Assembly: GCA_963777605.1 (NCBI GenBank)
Contig: CAVZRV010000010.1
Location: 288,001-352,000 of the forward strand
Direction of reading: 5' to 3'
DNA from: an uncultured Acidobacteriota bacterium
Lineage (GTDB): Bacteria > Acidobacteriota > UBA6911 > RPQK01 > JAPXNP01
DNA: 64,000 bases
Shown: one piece after another, positions 39,290 through 51,464 of the stretch
Numbering within the stretch: position 1 is the first letter of the stretch
Layout: each line of letters starts with the position of its first letter
Position numbers and translations under genes: made by a program
The notes under the pieces: model-generated
The model's input: only the letters and a program-made list of their open reading frames with translations
What the model was told of the DNA's origin: nothing
Database searches by the model: none

Positions 39290-39850
39290 TTACGCCCCCT
39301 TCTTTCCAACTTTGAGCCGGACGACTTCGGTGGAGTACCGCACGCCCTTGCCCTTATACGGATCGGGCGGCCTCAGCGCGCGAATGTTAGCCGCGATCTG
39401 TCCCACCATATAGCGGTCAGCCCCGGCAATCTTCACCGTCCCAACGTAGTTGGAGATCTGGCGCTGCTCACGTTCTACGGAAACGTCCATCCCATCGGGA
39501 ATCGGGAACTCGACCGGATGGGAATGACCCAGGGAGAAGTTGATGTACCGGCCCCGAACTTCGGCCCGATACCCGATCCCGACCACGTCGAGCTTCTTCA
39601 CCCATCCCTCGCTGACACCGGTGACCGCGTTCTGCAGCAGCGCCCGGGTCAACCCGTGCTTCGAGCGCAGATCTTTTTGATCGTTGGCCCGGCACACGGT
39701 CAAGGTTGTCCCATCCTGTTCCACTTTGATCCCTTCCGGAACCGGAACACTCAGTTTTCCTTTAGCTCCCTCGACAGCGGCGCAATCTGTTTCGATTGCG
39801 ACCTTCACACCCGAAGGAACGTTGATGATTTTTCTTCCAATACGAGACAT
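39290..39850 (-). CDS. rplF: 50S ribosomal protein L6
   Basis: MSRIGR, GIGYRA, PDPYKGKG. Confidence 0.99.
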   Translation of the reverse strand: MSRIGRKIINVPSGVKVAIETDCAAVEGAKGKLSVPVPEGIKVEQDGTTLTVCRANDQKDLRSKHGLTRALLQNAVTGVSEGWVKKLDVVGIGYRAEVRGRYINFSLGHSHPVEFPIPDGMDVSVEREQRQISNYVGTVKIAGADRYMVGQIAANIRALRPPDPYKGKGVRYSTEVVRLKVGKKGA

Positions 39851-39870
39851 GACGACCTCAATTGTCTCTC

Positions 39871-40269
39871 TTAGTAGACTTCCAGCAACAACTCACCACC
39901 AACACCCTCCTGTTTCGCGGATTTTCCGGTAAGGACACCGCGTGATGTGGAGAGTATGGTGATACCGAGCCCACCCAGCACATCGGGGATCTCATCCTTG
40001 GCAACGTACACACGCCGGCCTGGTTTACTAAGCCTTTTCAACGTGCGGATCGCAGGCTTCCTGTCTCCGAGGTACTTCAGGGTAATAGAAATTTCCCTAA
40101 AGGAATTCGCCTGCCCCAACTTGTAACTCGCGATGTATCCCTCTTCCTTAAGGATGCGACTGATCGCCTCCTTGATCCTGGAATGGGGGAGGGTCACCGT
40201 TTCATGCATCGCACTCTGTGCGTTGCGAATCCGCGTCATAAAATCCGCGATCGGATCAGTGACTGACAT
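39871..40269 (-). CDS. rpsH: 30S ribosomal protein S8
   Basis: DPIADFMTRIRN, SKPGRRVY, STSRG. Confidence 0.99.
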   Translation of the reverse strand: MSVTDPIADFMTRIRNAQSAMHETVTLPHSRIKEAISRILKEEGYIASYKLGQANSFREISITLKYLGDRKPAIRTLKRLSKPGRRVYVAKDEIPDVLGGLGITILSTSRGVLTGKSAKQEGVGGELLLEVY

Positions 40270-40341
40270 TGCTATCCAATCTCCTTCAAACAACAACTAC
40301 CTGGCACGGCCAGCTCCAAGGCCTTGTTACTTTTGGACTCT

Positions 40342-40527
40342 CTACCAGCTTGCCTTCGTGATTCCCGGAACCTCACCACGGAGAGCAAGTTCTCTAAAGC
40401 AGATCCGGCACAGCTTAAACTTCCGCAGGTAGCCGCGCGGCCGACCACAGCGCTGGCAACGGGTATACGCCCGCGTCGAGAATTTGGGTTTTCGTCTTTG
40501 CTTCGCGATCAACGACTTCTTAGCCAT
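40342..40527 (-). CDS. rpsN: 30S ribosomal protein S14 (Zn-binding type Z)
   Basis: RCQRCGRPR...LCRICFRE. Confidence 0.98.
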   Translation of the reverse strand: MAKKSLIAKQRRKPKFSTRAYTRCQRCGRPRGYLRKFKLCRICFRELALRGEVPGITKASW

Positions 40528-40542
40528 CGGATCTCCCAATCA

Positions 40543-41109
40543 TTAGAGTGCCGCAGCAGCGGCCTCTTCCTTCCTCTGGAAAGGCATTCCCAATCGGTCC
40601 AACAGAAACCGAGCCTCTTCGTCGGTCCTGGCAGTCGTGACGATGGTCACGTTCATGCCGTAAACTCGCTCGACCCGCCCGGCATCCAACTCGGGAAAGA
40701 TAAACTGATCTCGAATTCCCAAGGTATAGTTCCCCCGTCCGTCGAACGCCTTGGGCGATATTCCACGGAAGTCCCGGACTCGAGGAAATGCTATGTTCAT
40801 CAGGCGGTCCAAAAACTCGAACATCCGATCACGCCGCAAAGTGACCGTCACACCAATCGGCATCCCGGCACGGAGCTTGAACCCGGCAATCGCCCGCCGA
40901 GCCTTCCGAATCACCGCCTTCTGACCCGTGATGGCCCCAATCTCTTCGGCGACGGTATCCAGCAAACGGGGATTGGTCGTACCCTCACCCACGCCCACAT
41001 TGACCACCACCTTCTCGATCTTGGGAACCGCCATCCGATTCGAGTAGCCAAACTGCTCGACCAAAGCCGGGACGATCTCCTTTTCGTAACTCTCTCTCAG
41101 TCTCGCCAT
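40543..41109 (-). CDS. rplE: 50S ribosomal protein L5
   Basis: [24 protein letters not shown]. Confidence 0.99.
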   Translation of the reverse strand: MARLRESYEKEIVPALVEQFGYSNRMAVPKIEKVVVNVGVGEGTTNPRLLDTVAEEIGAITGQKAVIRKARRAIAGFKLRAGMPIGVTVTLRRDRMFEFLDRLMNIAFPRVRDFRGISPKAFDGRGNYTLGIRDQFIFPELDAGRVERVYGMNVTIVTTARTDEEARFLLDRLGMPFQRKEEAAAAAL

Positions 41110-41117
41110 GGTTATTC

Positions 41118-41438
41118 CTACTTATCCACAGTTCCGCCGCACTTCTTGCACACACGGACCTTCTTACCGTCCGACAGGGCCTGCACGGCCGTCCGCGAAC
41201 CCTCGTTGCACTCCGGACAGATCACCTGCAGATTCGAGAGGTGAATCGCCGCTTCCCGCGTGACGATTCCGCCCTGAATGTTCTGCTGCGGATTCGGTCG
41301 GGTGTGACGCCGGACGGTATTGATATTCTCAACAATCGCCCGATTTCTCACCGGAAACACCCGCAGAACACGACCCGTCCGCCCGGCATCTTTCCCGGAA
41401 AGCACCTTTACTTGGTCATTCTTCTTGACGTGTAACAT
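41118..41438 (-). CDS. rplX: 50S ribosomal protein L24
   Basis: [14 protein letters not shown] (KOW motif), EAAIHLSN. Confidence 0.98.
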   Translation of the reverse strand: MLHVKKNDQVKVLSGKDAGRTGRVLRVFPVRNRAIVENINTVRRHTRPNPQQNIQGGIVTREAAIHLSNLQVICPECNEGSRTAVQALSDGKKVRVCKKCGGTVDK

Positions 41439-41447
41439 CCCAACCCC

Positions 41448-41816
41448 CTAGAGCACTTCCGGCGCCAGAGATACAATCCTCATGAACCGCCGGTCCCGCA
41501 ACTCGCGGGCCACCGGTCCGAACACGCGCGTCCCGATCGGCTCGCTCTGATTGTTGACGAGCACCGCGGCGTTCTCGTCAAAGCGGATGTAGGAACCATC
41601 CTGCCGTCGGGCTTCCTTCTTCATCCGCACGATCACGGCTTTGACTACGTCACCCTTCTTTACGGTGCCGTCTGGCGTCGCCTCCTTGACCGAAGCGGTG
41701 ATGATGTCACCCAGGCCCGCCTGCCGTCCGGCATCGCCGCCCAACGGGGCAATACACCGGATCCTCCGCGCGCCCGAGTTATCAGCCACATTCAAAACTG
41801 TCTGCATCTGGATCAT
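41448..41816 (-). CDS. rplN: 50S ribosomal protein L14
   Basis: [26 protein letters not shown]. Confidence 0.99.
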   Translation of the reverse strand: MIQMQTVLNVADNSGARRIRCIAPLGGDAGRQAGLGDIITASVKEATPDGTVKKGDVVKAVIVRMKKEARRQDGSYIRFDENAAVLVNNQSEPIGTRVFGPVARELRDRRFMRIVSLAPEVL

Positions 41817-41818
41817 GG

Positions 41819-42094
41819 CTATTCCTTCGCTTTCTCCAGAATCTCAGTGACAGTCCAGCGCTTCCGTTTGCTCAACGGTCGCGTCTCCTGGATGCGAACC
41901 TGATCTCCGACTCCGCATTCATTGTTTTCGTCGTGCGCCATGAACTTGCTGGTTCGCCGGATCGTCTTCCCGTACACGGGATGCTTCACCAAGCGATCCA
42001 CCGAAACCACCACCGACTTCATCATGGAATTCGAAACGACGCGTCCAACCTTTGACTGCCCCCGGACTTCCGGGGCCCCATTCTCAAGCGCCAT
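41819..42094 (-). CDS. rpsQ: 30S ribosomal protein S17
   Basis: GRVVSN, HPVYGK, ETRPLSK. Confidence 0.98.
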   Translation of the reverse strand: MALENGAPEVRGQSKVGRVVSNSMMKSVVVSVDRLVKHPVYGKTIRRTSKFMAHDENNECGVGDQVRIQETRPLSKRKRWTVTEILEKAKE

Positions 42095-42287
42095 TGCCCT
42101 TCGCCTTCTCTGTCTGAATGGTTTTAATCCTCGCCAGATCCTTCCGAATCAGGCGAATCTTGTTGACGTTGTCGAGTTGACCCGTCGCCTTCTGGAGACG
42201 GAGCTGAAACAACTGCTTCGAGAGCTCACGCTCTTCGTTAGCCAGTTCTTCCTGCGACATTTCGCGAACCTTCGATGCTCTCATCAA
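42084..42287 (-). CDS. rpmC: 50S ribosomal protein L29
   Basis: [13 protein letters not shown]...[10 protein letters not shown]. Confidence 0.97.
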   Translation of the reverse strand: MMRASKVREMSQEELANEERELSKQLFQLRLQKATGQLDNVNKIRLIRKDLARIKTIQTEKAKGNGA

Positions 42288-42697
42288 TCACCAAACCTGG
42301 TTACGAACTTGGTCCTGAGTGGAAGTTTGTGCGCCGCCAGTCTCATTGCCTCGCGGGCCACATCAATCGGGAGCCCCTCCATTTCATAGAGGATCCGTCC
42401 AGGCTTGATCACGGCGACCCAACCTTCAGGTGCGCCTTTTCCCTTGCCCATCCGGGTTTCAGCGGGCTTCTTGGTAATCGGCTTGTCGGGGAATATCCGA
42501 ATCCAGATTTTCCCGCCCCTCTTGGTGTACCGGGTCATTGCGATACGAGCAGCCTCGATCTGACGATTGGTAATCCATCCCGGCTCGAGTGCTTTCAACC
42601 CGAACTCGCCGAAGTCCACCGAACTTCCACGTTGCGCCAGCCCGCGCATGCGGCCCTTCTGTCGCCTTCGATACTTGACCTTTTTCGGCATCAACAT
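42284..42697 (-). CDS. rplP: 50S ribosomal protein L16
   Basis: [18 protein letters not shown]. Confidence 0.99.
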   Translation of the reverse strand: MLMPKKVKYRRRQKGRMRGLAQRGSSVDFGEFGLKALEPGWITNRQIEAARIAMTRYTKRGGKIWIRIFPDKPITKKPAETRMGKGKGAPEGWVAVIKPGRILYEMEGLPIDVAREAMRLAAHKLPLRTKFVTRFGD

Positions 42698-42712
42698 GAT
42701 CTTGTTACTCCA

Positions 42713-43357
42713 CTATCGATCAGCTTTCTTCCCGCTGAAGATCTCACCACGGTAGATCCACACTTTGACGCCGATCACGCCGTAGGTCGTAAAAGCCTCG
42801 GCCAGTCCGTACTCAATGTCGGCCCGCAACGTGTGCAGCGGCAGGCGTCCGTGCAGATACCATTCCGTTCGAGCAATTTCGGCACCGTTCAGGCGTCCCG
42901 CACAGCAAACCCGGATGCCCTGGGCACCAAATCTCAGTGCTGTATCGACTGCACGCCGCATCGCCCGCCTGAACGCCACTCGCTTTTCAAGCTGCTGGGC
43001 GATGTTCTCGGCCACCAACTGGGCATCCAGTTCAGGCTTGTGCACTTCCTGGATGTTGATAAAGACTTCCCGGCCGGTTTCCTTCTGGAGATCAGCTTTC
43101 AGCCGCTCAATCTCGCTCCCTTTCCGCCCGATGATGATTCCGGGACGAGATGTGAACACTATAACGGTCAGCTTGTTGGCGGCGCGCTCCATCTCGAGCC
43201 GGGAAATCCCGGCGTGATAAAAGCGTTTCTTCAAAAGCCCTTTCAGCCGAAGATCTTCATGCAGAAGATCACCGTAGTTCTTCTTCGCAAACCATCGCGA
43301 CTTCCACGACCGGTTCACTCCCAGGCGAAATCCGTAAGGATGCGTTTTCTGACCCAA
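42713..43357 (-). CDS. rpsC: 30S ribosomal protein S3
   Basis: [22 protein letters not shown]. Confidence 0.99.
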   Translation of the reverse strand: MGQKTHPYGFRLGVNRSWKSRWFAKKNYGDLLHEDLRLKGLLKKRFYHAGISRLEMERAANKLTVIVFTSRPGIIIGRKGSEIERLKADLQKETGREVFINIQEVHKPELDAQLVAENIAQQLEKRVAFRRAMRRAVDTALRFGAQGIRVCCAGRLNGAEIARTEWYLHGRLPLHTLRADIEYGLAEAFTTYGVIGVKVWIYRGEIFSGKKADR

Positions 43358-43369
43358 GCTGACTTCCTC

Positions 43370-43714
43370 CTACTTCTCGTCGGTTATCCGGATCGTGATG
43401 TGGTTCTGTCTCCGCCGATGCCGGTAAGCCCGGCCCATCGGAGCCGGCCGCAGCCGGAATCTCGATTTCGTCGGCCCCTGATCGACGAAAGCTTCCTTGA
43501 CGACAAACTCGTCCATCGAAGCTGTAGGCTCCGCCTGCTCAGCATTTGCTATAGCAGAATGAAGGACTTTCGAAATCGTTCTTGCAGAGCGCTTCCGAGA
43601 AAACCGCAGTATGCTCAACGCTTCTTCGACGTTCTTGCCTCGGATCAAATCGATCACGAGACGCGCCTTCTGCGGCGACCCTTTGATGTATTTCGCCGTG
43701 GCTTTCGCTTCCAT
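43370..43714 (-). CDS. rplV: 50S ribosomal protein L22
   Basis: SPQKARLVIDLIRG, RPAPMGRA. Confidence 0.98.
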   Translation of the reverse strand: MEAKATAKYIKGSPQKARLVIDLIRGKNVEEALSILRFSRKRSARTISKVLHSAIANAEQAEPTASMDEFVVKEAFVDQGPTKSRFRLRPAPMGRAYRHRRRQNHITIRITDEK

Positions 43715-43726
43715 TACATCGCCTCT

Positions 43727-44011
43727 CTACTTCATCCGCGAGCCCCGCTCCGTCCTGCTCGTGTGTCCCTTGAAGGTACGAGTCGGAGCGAATTCCCCAA
43801 GCTTGTGCCCGACCATGTTCTCAGTAATGTAGATCGGGATGAACTTCTTGCCATTGTGCACGGCTACCGTGAGGCTGACCATCTCGGGGATGATCGTTGA
43901 CCGCCTCGACCACGTCTTGATGACGGTCCGGTCCTTGGCATCCAGAGCACGAGCCACCTTCTTGAGCAAGTGGTCGTCAACAAACGGTCCCTTCTTCATT
44001 GATCGCGGCAT
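43727..44011 (-). CDS. rpsS: 30S ribosomal protein S19
   Basis: [25 protein letters not shown]. Confidence 0.99.
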   Translation of the reverse strand: MPRSMKKGPFVDDHLLKKVARALDAKDRTVIKTWSRRSTIIPEMVSLTVAVHNGKKFIPIYITENMVGHKLGEFAPTRTFKGHTSRTERGSRMK

Positions 44012-44012
44012 A

Positions 44013-44843
44013 CTATCTCCTCTTGGCCCGTCGGCGTACGATGAACCCTTCCGTCCGCTTGTTCTTGCGGGTCTTCTTCCCCTTGGTCTTCCAGCCCCAC
44101 GGCGAGCATGGATGACGACCGCCCGAAGTGCGGCCCTCGCCGCCACCCATCGGATGGTCAACCGGGTTCATTGCAACACCACGCACCTTGGGACGCCGTC
44201 CCCGCCAGCGCGTTGCCCCAGCCTTCCCGAGCGATACGTTTTCGTGCTCCGAATTGCCCACCTGGCCGATCGTGGCCCGGCACTGAATGTGGACCCGCCG
44301 GACTTCGCCCGAAGGCAACTTCACCTGAGCGTAATCACCCTCCTTGGCTACCAACTGGGCGGAGGTTCCGGCTCCCCGCGCCATCTGTCCTCCCCGGCCC
44401 AGATTCAACTCGACGTTGTGAATCGTGGTACCAACCGGGATATTCACCATTGGAAGGCTATTCCCCACCACGATGTCCGCGCCCGCTCCGGACATCACGC
44501 CGTCGCCCACCTTCACCCCTTCCGGGCAGATGATGTAGCTCTTCTCACCGTCGGCGTAGTGCAGTCGCGCGAGGTGCGCCCCGCGATTGGGATCGTATTC
44601 GATTGCCGCCACTTTGGCCGGGATGCCATCCTTCGTTCGCTTGAAATCGATAATTCGGTAACGGCGCTTGTGCCCGCCACCCCGTCGCCGCACTGCGATC
44701 TGCCCAGTCGAACTGCGACCGTTGATCCGCGTTTTGCCCTCGACCAGCGCCTTCAAAGGCTTGATGTCACTCAATTCAGGCGACACCTGCGTCGTCCTGA
44801 ACCGAGTGCCGGGCGATGTCGGTTTGTAACTCTTAATCGGCAT
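44013..44843 (-). CDS. rplB: 50S ribosomal protein L2
   Basis: [29 protein letters not shown]. Confidence 0.99.
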   Translation of the reverse strand: MPIKSYKPTSPGTRFRTTQVSPELSDIKPLKALVEGKTRINGRSSTGQIAVRRRGGGHKRRYRIIDFKRTKDGIPAKVAAIEYDPNRGAHLARLHYADGEKSYIICPEGVKVGDGVMSGAGADIVVGNSLPMVNIPVGTTIHNVELNLGRGGQMARGAGTSAQLVAKEGDYAQVKLPSGEVRRVHIQCRATIGQVGNSEHENVSLGKAGATRWRGRRPKVRGVAMNPVDHPMGGGEGRTSGGRHPCSPWGWKTKGKKTRKNKRTEGFIVRRRAKRR

Positions 44844-44845
44844 GA

Positions 44846-45139
44846 CTAGACACCTTCGAAGAATTCGATCTTCTGACCGGGCATGAGGGTGACGTACGCC
44901 TTCTTCCAGTCGGGCCTGCGCCCCTGGGTTTTTCCCTGACGTTTCATCTTTCCCTGGAACCGGGCCGTCCGAACGTGGTCCACCTTAACGTTGAAGACCT
45001 TCTCAACCGCTTCCTTTACCTGATGCTTGTTCGCTCCCACCCTGACTTGCAGAGCGACGACCTGCTTCTCCCCCTGCTCGGAGAGGGCCGTACTCTTCTC
45101 AGTGATGTGAGGGGAGCGAATGATCTCGTACACGCTCAT
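44846..45139 (-). CDS. rplW: 50S ribosomal protein L23
   Basis: [13 protein letters not shown]. Confidence 0.98.
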   Translation of the reverse strand: MSVYEIIRSPHITEKSTALSEQGEKQVVALQVRVGANKHQVKEAVEKVFNVKVDHVRTARFQGKMKRQGKTQGRRPDWKKAYVTLMPGQKIEFFEGV

Positions 45140-45762
45140 CTCTGCAGTACCTCCTGCAACTCAAGAATGGCCTGCTTACTGATCATCAGGACATCGTGGT
45201 TGACCAGGTCAAGAATATTCACGCCTTCAGAAGCCACCATCTTGGCCAACGGAACGTTCCGTGAACCCAGATAGAGATTCCTGTTCTCGCGACTATCCAC
45301 CAGCAGGACTTTCCGGCCTGCTTCCAGGCCCTCCAGCCACTTGACAAATTCCTTGGTTCGATGGGTTTCCAGAGCCAGGCTATCGAACACAAGGATCTTC
45401 TCGTTCTTCAGCTTGTCGCTCAGCACCAACTTCATGGCACCACGCCGCTTCTTCTTCGGGAGAGCCTGGGAGTAGTCTCTCGGCTGGGGCCCATGAACCG
45501 TCCCGCCACCCTTCCAAATCGGACTACGGATCGACCCTATTCGTGCGCGACCGGTCCCCTTCTGCCTCCACAGCTTGGCGCCGCTACCGGCAACCTTGGC
45601 ACGACCCTTTACCGCGTGCGTGCCCTTCCTTTGGGCAGCCTGAAAGGCGGTCACCGCCTCCCACACAAGCGTCCGGCTGGCCTCGTAATTGAACACTTCG
45701 TCCGCAAGCTCAAGCTTACCGACGACCTGGTTCTGCAGATTTCTTACTTCAACTTCAGCCAT
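45136..45762 (-). CDS. rplD: 50S ribosomal protein L4
   Basis: RQKGTGRARIGSIRSP, GGGTVHGP. Confidence 0.99.
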   Translation of the reverse strand: MAEVEVRNLQNQVVGKLELADEVFNYEASRTLVWEAVTAFQAAQRKGTHAVKGRAKVAGSGAKLWRQKGTGRARIGSIRSPIWKGGGTVHGPQPRDYSQALPKKKRRGAMKLVLSDKLKNEKILVFDSLALETHRTKEFVKWLEGLEAGRKVLLVDSRENRNLYLGSRNVPLAKMVASEGVNILDLVNHDVLMISKQAILELQEVLQR

Positions 45763-45780
45763 TTTCAGCTACTTTCAACC

Positions 45781-46410
45781 TCAAAAGGATCGGGTCACCA
45801 TCAGATAGCCGCCCCTGGCTCCGGGAACCGACCCCTTCACCAGCAGCAGATTGTTCTCTTCATCCACGGCCACCACCTTAAGCTTTCGGATCTTCGCCGG
45901 TCCTCCACCCATCCGGCCCGGCCCCTTCATTCCGGCAACGACCCGGCTCGGATAGGCACTGGCCCCGATCGAGCCCGGAGCCCGGTGAAACATCGAACCG
46001 TGAGTCGCCCGACCCCCGCTAAACCCGTGCCGCTTGACGACACCCTGGAAACCGCGGCCCTTGCCCCGCCCCCTGACATCCACGACGTCGTTGACACCAA
46101 AGACATCATTGACCAGGAGCTGGTCGCCCACGCCCAGATTCTCACCTTCCTCCGCCAGGTAGAAAAACTCGTGAAGAGGCTTGCAGGGCGGAACTCCGGC
46201 CCGCTTGAAATGGCCCTCTTCCGGCTTGTTCACCCGGACCTTTTTCCCGGGATCGACAAAGCCCAGCTGGACCCGGGTCTCGCCGTTGATATCAAACTTA
46301 TCCACAACCACGCAGGGCCCGGTCTGGATCACGGTCACTGGAACCGCCTTTCCGGCACTGTCGAACACCTGCGTCATTCCAATCTTCTTACCGATCAGAC
46401 CCTCAACCAT
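45781..46410 (-). CDS. rplC: 50S ribosomal protein L3
   Basis: GKKIGMTQ, GRGFQGVVKRH, HRAPGSIG. Confidence 0.99.
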   Translation of the reverse strand: MVEGLIGKKIGMTQVFDSAGKAVPVTVIQTGPCVVVDKFDINGETRVQLGFVDPGKKVRVNKPEEGHFKRAGVPPCKPLHEFFYLAEEGENLGVGDQLLVNDVFGVNDVVDVRGRGKGRGFQGVVKRHGFSGGRATHGSMFHRAPGSIGASAYPSRVVAGMKGPGRMGGGPAKIRKLKVVAVDEENNLLLVKGSVPGARGGYLMVTRSF

Positions 46411-46412
46411 AA

Positions 46413-46739
46413 CTAGTCCTTCTCCGTGCCAAAGGCCTTGATCTCGACGTCGATCGCAGCTGGAAGATCCAGCTTCATCAACGCGTCGACTGTTTGCGGG
46501 GTCGGCTCAAGAATGTCCACCAGACGTTTGTGCGTCCGCATCTCAAACTGCTCCCGGGATTTCTTGTCCACGTGGGGCGACCGCAGGACTGTGTAGCGGC
46601 TGATTCTGGTCGGAAGCGGGATCGGTCCCGACACCCGCGCTCCCGTCCGCCGGGCGATCTCAACAATCTCCCGCGTGGACTGGTCCAGCACCTGGTGGTC
46701 ATAGGCCTTCAGTCGAATTCGAATTTTCTCGTCGATCAT
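46413..46739 (-). CDS. rpsJ: 30S ribosomal protein S10
   Basis: [22 protein letters not shown]. Confidence 0.99.
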   Translation of the reverse strand: MIDEKIRIRLKAYDHQVLDQSTREIVEIARRTGARVSGPIPLPTRISRYTVLRSPHVDKKSREQFEMRTHKRLVDILEPTPQTVDALMKLDLPAAIDVEIKAFGTEKD

Positions 46740-46747
46740 CGATTTTC

Positions 46748-47936
<1,189 letters not shown>

Positions 47937-48039
47937 AACGCTGACTCCCCCGAAAATCGTTTCCTTTTCTTTACAACCGGAAAGGTGCCTCAGGTGGCCC
48001 GCCGAACACGACACCCCCAGGCGCCGGAACGGTGAACAA

Positions 48040-50133
48040 TCACTTAGTGCCCACCCTCCCCTGAGACCTGGCGGTCAACTCCTGGGCAGTCGCCGCCGGC
48101 ACCTGCTCATATTGGGCAAAATGCATCGTGTAGGTCGCCCGACCCTGGGTGACCGATCGAAGATCCGTAGCATACCCAAACATTTCCGAAAGCGGCACGA
48201 AGGCCTGAACCACCTGGGAAGTCCCCCGGGCCTCCATTTGCCCAATTCGCCCCCTCCGGCTGTTCAAATCGCCAATCACAGCGCCCATGTATTCCTCCGG
48301 CACCACCACTTCGACCCGCATGACCGGCTCGAGCAGAACAGGAGCAGCCCTTTTGGCTGCGTCCTTGAACGCCATGGAACCTGCAATCTTAAACGCTATT
48401 TCTGAAGAGTCAACGTCGTGGTAGGAACCGTCGTAAAGAACGACCTTCAGATCCTCCACGGGATAGCCGGCCACAATTCCAGCCTCCATCGCCTCTTGAA
48501 TCCCAACCCGGACAGGGTCGATGTACTCACGTGGAATCGTCCCGCCCACGATGCCGTTCTCAAAAACGTATCCAACCCCGGGATCGCCCGGCTCAATTCG
48601 AATCTTGGCGTGACCGAACTGCCCGCGGCCTCCAGTCTGCCGAACGAACCGACCTTCACCTTGGGCCGCCTTCGTAATCGACTCCTTATAGGCCACCTGC
48701 GGCTTTCCGACGTTCGCGCCGACGCTGAATTCACGCAACAGACGATCAACGATAATCTCCAGGTGGAGTTCACCCATCCCCGCAATAATCGTCTGCCCAG
48801 TATCCCGATCCGTGTGAACCTTGAAAGTCGGATCCTCCTGCATCAACTTATTGAGAGAGAAACCAAGCTTGTCCTGATCCTGGCGCGTCTTCGGCTCAAT
48901 CGCGACTGCAATTACCGGCTCCGGAAAGTCCATGGCCTCGAGAATCACCGGCGCGTTTCGCGCGCAAATCGTGTCGCCCGTGGCGACGTCTTTCAAGCCA
49001 ACGGCAGCGGCGATGTCACCGGAATAGACCGCATCGATCTCTTCCCGCTTGTTGGCGTGCATTTTGAGCAGACGGCCAATCCGCTCATCCCGTCCGCGCG
49101 CTGCGTTAAACACCGTCGAGCCCGCTTTGAGCGATCCGGAATAAACCCTAAGAAAAGCCAGGTGACCCACATACGAGTCGTTCATGATCTTGAAGATCAG
49201 AGCGGCAAACGGCTCATCGTCACTGGCACGCCGAACCACCACCTCGTCTGAATCCGGCTTGACACCCTCCATCGGCGCGACATCCAGAGGTGAGGGCAAA
49301 TAGTTGACAACCGCGTCCAGAAGAGGCTGCACGCCCTTATTCTTGAAGGCGGTACCGCACACGCACGGCACGAATTCGAGGTTGATGGTGGCCTTGCGGA
49401 TTCCACGCATCAACTCTTCCTCGCCAATCTCTTCCTCCCCCAAATACTTTTCCAAAAGGTCGTTGTCAGTCTCAACAACCGCCTCAACCAGCTTCTCTCG
49501 CCATTCTCGGGCCTGCCCAACAAACTCCGCCGGAATCTCGATCTCGTCAAACTGAGCTCCGAGCTCTTCGACGCGATAGACCATGGCCTTCATTCGGACC
49601 AGATCAATCACCCCGGTAAACTTCTCTTCCTGCCCCAGCGGAATCTGCAGTGCAACCGGCTTGGCAGCCAATTTGCGGGAAATCGACTCCAGCGACTTGA
49701 AGAAATCCGCACCCGCCCGGTCCATCTTGTTCATGAACGCCAGCCGCGGAACCCCATACTTGTCAGCCTGGCGCCAGACCGTCTCCGATTGCGGCTCCAC
49801 TCCGGCTACCGCATCAAAGACGGCAACCGCACCATCCAACACCCTGAGCGAGCGCTCCACTTCCGCAGTAAAGTCCACGTGACCCGGCGTATCAATAATG
49901 TTGATACGGTGCTCTTTCCAGAAGCAGGTAGTGGCAGCCGAGGTGATCGTAATTCCGCGCTCCTGCTCCTGGACCATCCAGTCCATGGTCGCCGTTCCCT
50001 CATGGACCTCGCCGATCTTGTAGTTGATCCCGGTATAAAACAGGATCCGCTCCGTCGTCGTGGTCTTACCGGCATCGATGTGAGCCATGATGCCGATATT
50101 CCGGGTTTTATCGAGAGCTACCTTTCTTGGCAC
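48040..50133 (-). CDS. fusA: Elongation factor G
   Basis: [25 protein letters not shown]. Confidence 0.99.
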   Translation of the reverse strand: MPRKVALDKTRNIGIMAHIDAGKTTTTERILFYTGINYKIGEVHEGTATMDWMVQEQERGITITSAATTCFWKEHRINIIDTPGHVDFTAEVERSLRVLDGAVAVFDAVAGVEPQSETVWRQADKYGVPRLAFMNKMDRAGADFFKSLESISRKLAAKPVALQIPLGQEEKFTGVIDLVRMKAMVYRVEELGAQFDEIEIPAEFVGQAREWREKLVEAVVETDNDLLEKYLGEEEIGEEELMRGIRKATINLEFVPCVCGTAFKNKGVQPLLDAVVNYLPSPLDVAPMEGVKPDSDEVVVRRASDDEPFAALIFKIMNDSYVGHLAFLRVYSGSLKAGSTVFNAARGRDERIGRLLKMHANKREEIDAVYSGDIAAAVGLKDVATGDTICARNAPVILEAMDFPEPVIAVAIEPKTRQDQDKLGFSLNKLMQEDPTFKVHTDRDTGQTIIAGMGELHLEIIVDRLLREFSVGANVGKPQVAYKESITKAAQGEGRFVRQTGGRGQFGHAKIRIEPGDPGVGYVFENGIVGGTIPREYIDPVRVGIQEAMEAGIVAGYPVEDLKVVLYDGSYHDVDSSEIAFKIAGSMAFKDAAKRAAPVLLEPVMRVEVVVPEEYMGAVIGDLNSRRGRIGQMEARGTSQVVQAFVPLSEMFGYATDLRSVTQGRATYTMHFAQYEQVPAATAQELTARSQGRVGTK

Positions 50134-50241
50134 GGTTTTCTATCACTCCAGATAATCGGACACTACGCCGCCCGGCCCTATCTTGGCCGCACCTCGTAGT
50201 CCGAGAAATCTCAATCTGTAATCTTAACTTGAAGAAGAGCC

Positions 50242-50255
50242 CCGCCCGAAGGCGG
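50242..50255 (-). other. C(UUCG)G tetraloop hairpin in the rpsG-fusA spacer
   Basis: Minus strand CCGCC-TTCG-GGCGG followed by GGCTCTTCTTC. Confidence 0.55.
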
Positions 50256-50266
50256 AAACTTGTATT

Positions 50267-50737
50267 TTACCACCGGTAGTGAGCAAAAGCACGGTTGGCG
50301 TCCGCCATGCGGTGAACATCCTCCCGCTTCTTCACTGCCCCACCCCGGTTATTGGCGGCATCGATCAACTCGTTTGCCAAACGCTCCGCCATTGTCTTCT
50401 CACCCCGACTCCGGGACGATAACACAATCCACCGAAGCCCCAGGGCCGTACGGCGCCGCGGACTTACTTCAACCGGAACCTGGTAGGTTGACCCACCCAC
50501 TCGTCGAGACTTCGTCTCCATGAATGGACGCGCATTCTCAACCGCCTGCTTAAAGACCTTCAACGGATCTTCTCCGGTCCGCTCTTCAATTTTCTTCATG
50601 GCTCCGTAGAAAATCCGGTAAGCCGTCGTCTTCTTGCCTCCCGAGATCAGCTTGTTAACGAGCCGACTAACCAACTCATTCCCGTAAACCGGGTCCGGAA
50701 AAATTTCACGCTTGGGTACTTCTCTGCGCCTTGGCAT
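50267..50737 (-). CDS. rpsG: 30S ribosomal protein S7
   Basis: [29 protein letters not shown]. Confidence 0.99.
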   Translation of the reverse strand: MPRRREVPKREIFPDPVYGNELVSRLVNKLISGGKKTTAYRIFYGAMKKIEERTGEDPLKVFKQAVENARPFMETKSRRVGGSTYQVPVEVSPRRRTALGLRWIVLSSRSRGEKTMAERLANELIDAANNRGGAVKKREDVHRMADANRAFAHYRW

Positions 50738-50815
50738 TGATCTACTCCACAAACAAAACAAGCTGCATGACCCCTGATGCCGTGCAGCTCGCGCCCAAAA
50801 CGGTTAATCGGCCCG

Positions 50816-51190
50816 CTATCCTTTCGGCCTCTTGGTGCCGTACTTGGAGCGCGCGTTTTCGCGCCCTTCCACACCGACAGTATCAAGAGTGCCTCGGATC
50901 ACGTGATAGCGAACACCTGGGAGATCCTTCACACGACCACCGCGAATCAGCACGAGTGAATGCTCCTGCAGATTGTGGCCAATTCCAGGAATGTAAGTCG
51001 TCACTTCGATCTGATTGGTCAGACGAACTCTAGCCACTTTCCGCAACGCCGAGTTCGGCTTCTTAGGAGTCTGAGTGTAGACACGGACACAGACTCCCCG
51101 CTTCTGCGGGCAAGATCCCAATGCGGGGCTCTTGGTCTTCGTCCGGATCTTCTTTCTCCCTTTTCGGACTAACTGATTAAAAGTCGGCAC
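50816..51190 (-). CDS. rpsL: 30S ribosomal protein S12
   Basis: [22 protein letters not shown]. Confidence 0.99.
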   Translation of the reverse strand: MPTFNQLVRKGRKKIRTKTKSPALGSCPQKRGVCVRVYTQTPKKPNSALRKVARVRLTNQIEVTTYIPGIGHNLQEHSLVLIRGGRVKDLPGVRYHVIRGTLDTVGVEGRENARSKYGTKRPKG

Positions 51191-51464
51191 GCTTTAATTC
51201 TCCCAGTAAAAACAAAAAAGTGATGCCGAGGCACCACTTTCCGTTCTTTCAACCTACGGAAATGGACCTCCAATGCTAGCCTGATGCACGGATATGTGTC
51301 AAGCCGCACCCCTACGGAAGTGCGTATGTTAGCAGAACCTGCCTCAGTCTACAAAGAAAGTGGGATTTTTTTGCACCGGGCACCTTTCAATTCGGTTAGC
51401 ACCCCACCTTGCTCTCTCCGAAATCGACATAATACGATGACCGTTCCAGGATAACCGATTCGCT

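Noticed and set aside
42275-43900. 541-aa plus-strand ORF, and similar long antisense ORFs (40324-41244, 43839-44849, 45361-46416, 17056-18243, 21763-22935)
   Set aside because: They lie exactly opposite well-conserved genes and have no motifs. Stop-poor antisense frames are expected with GC-rich codon bias.
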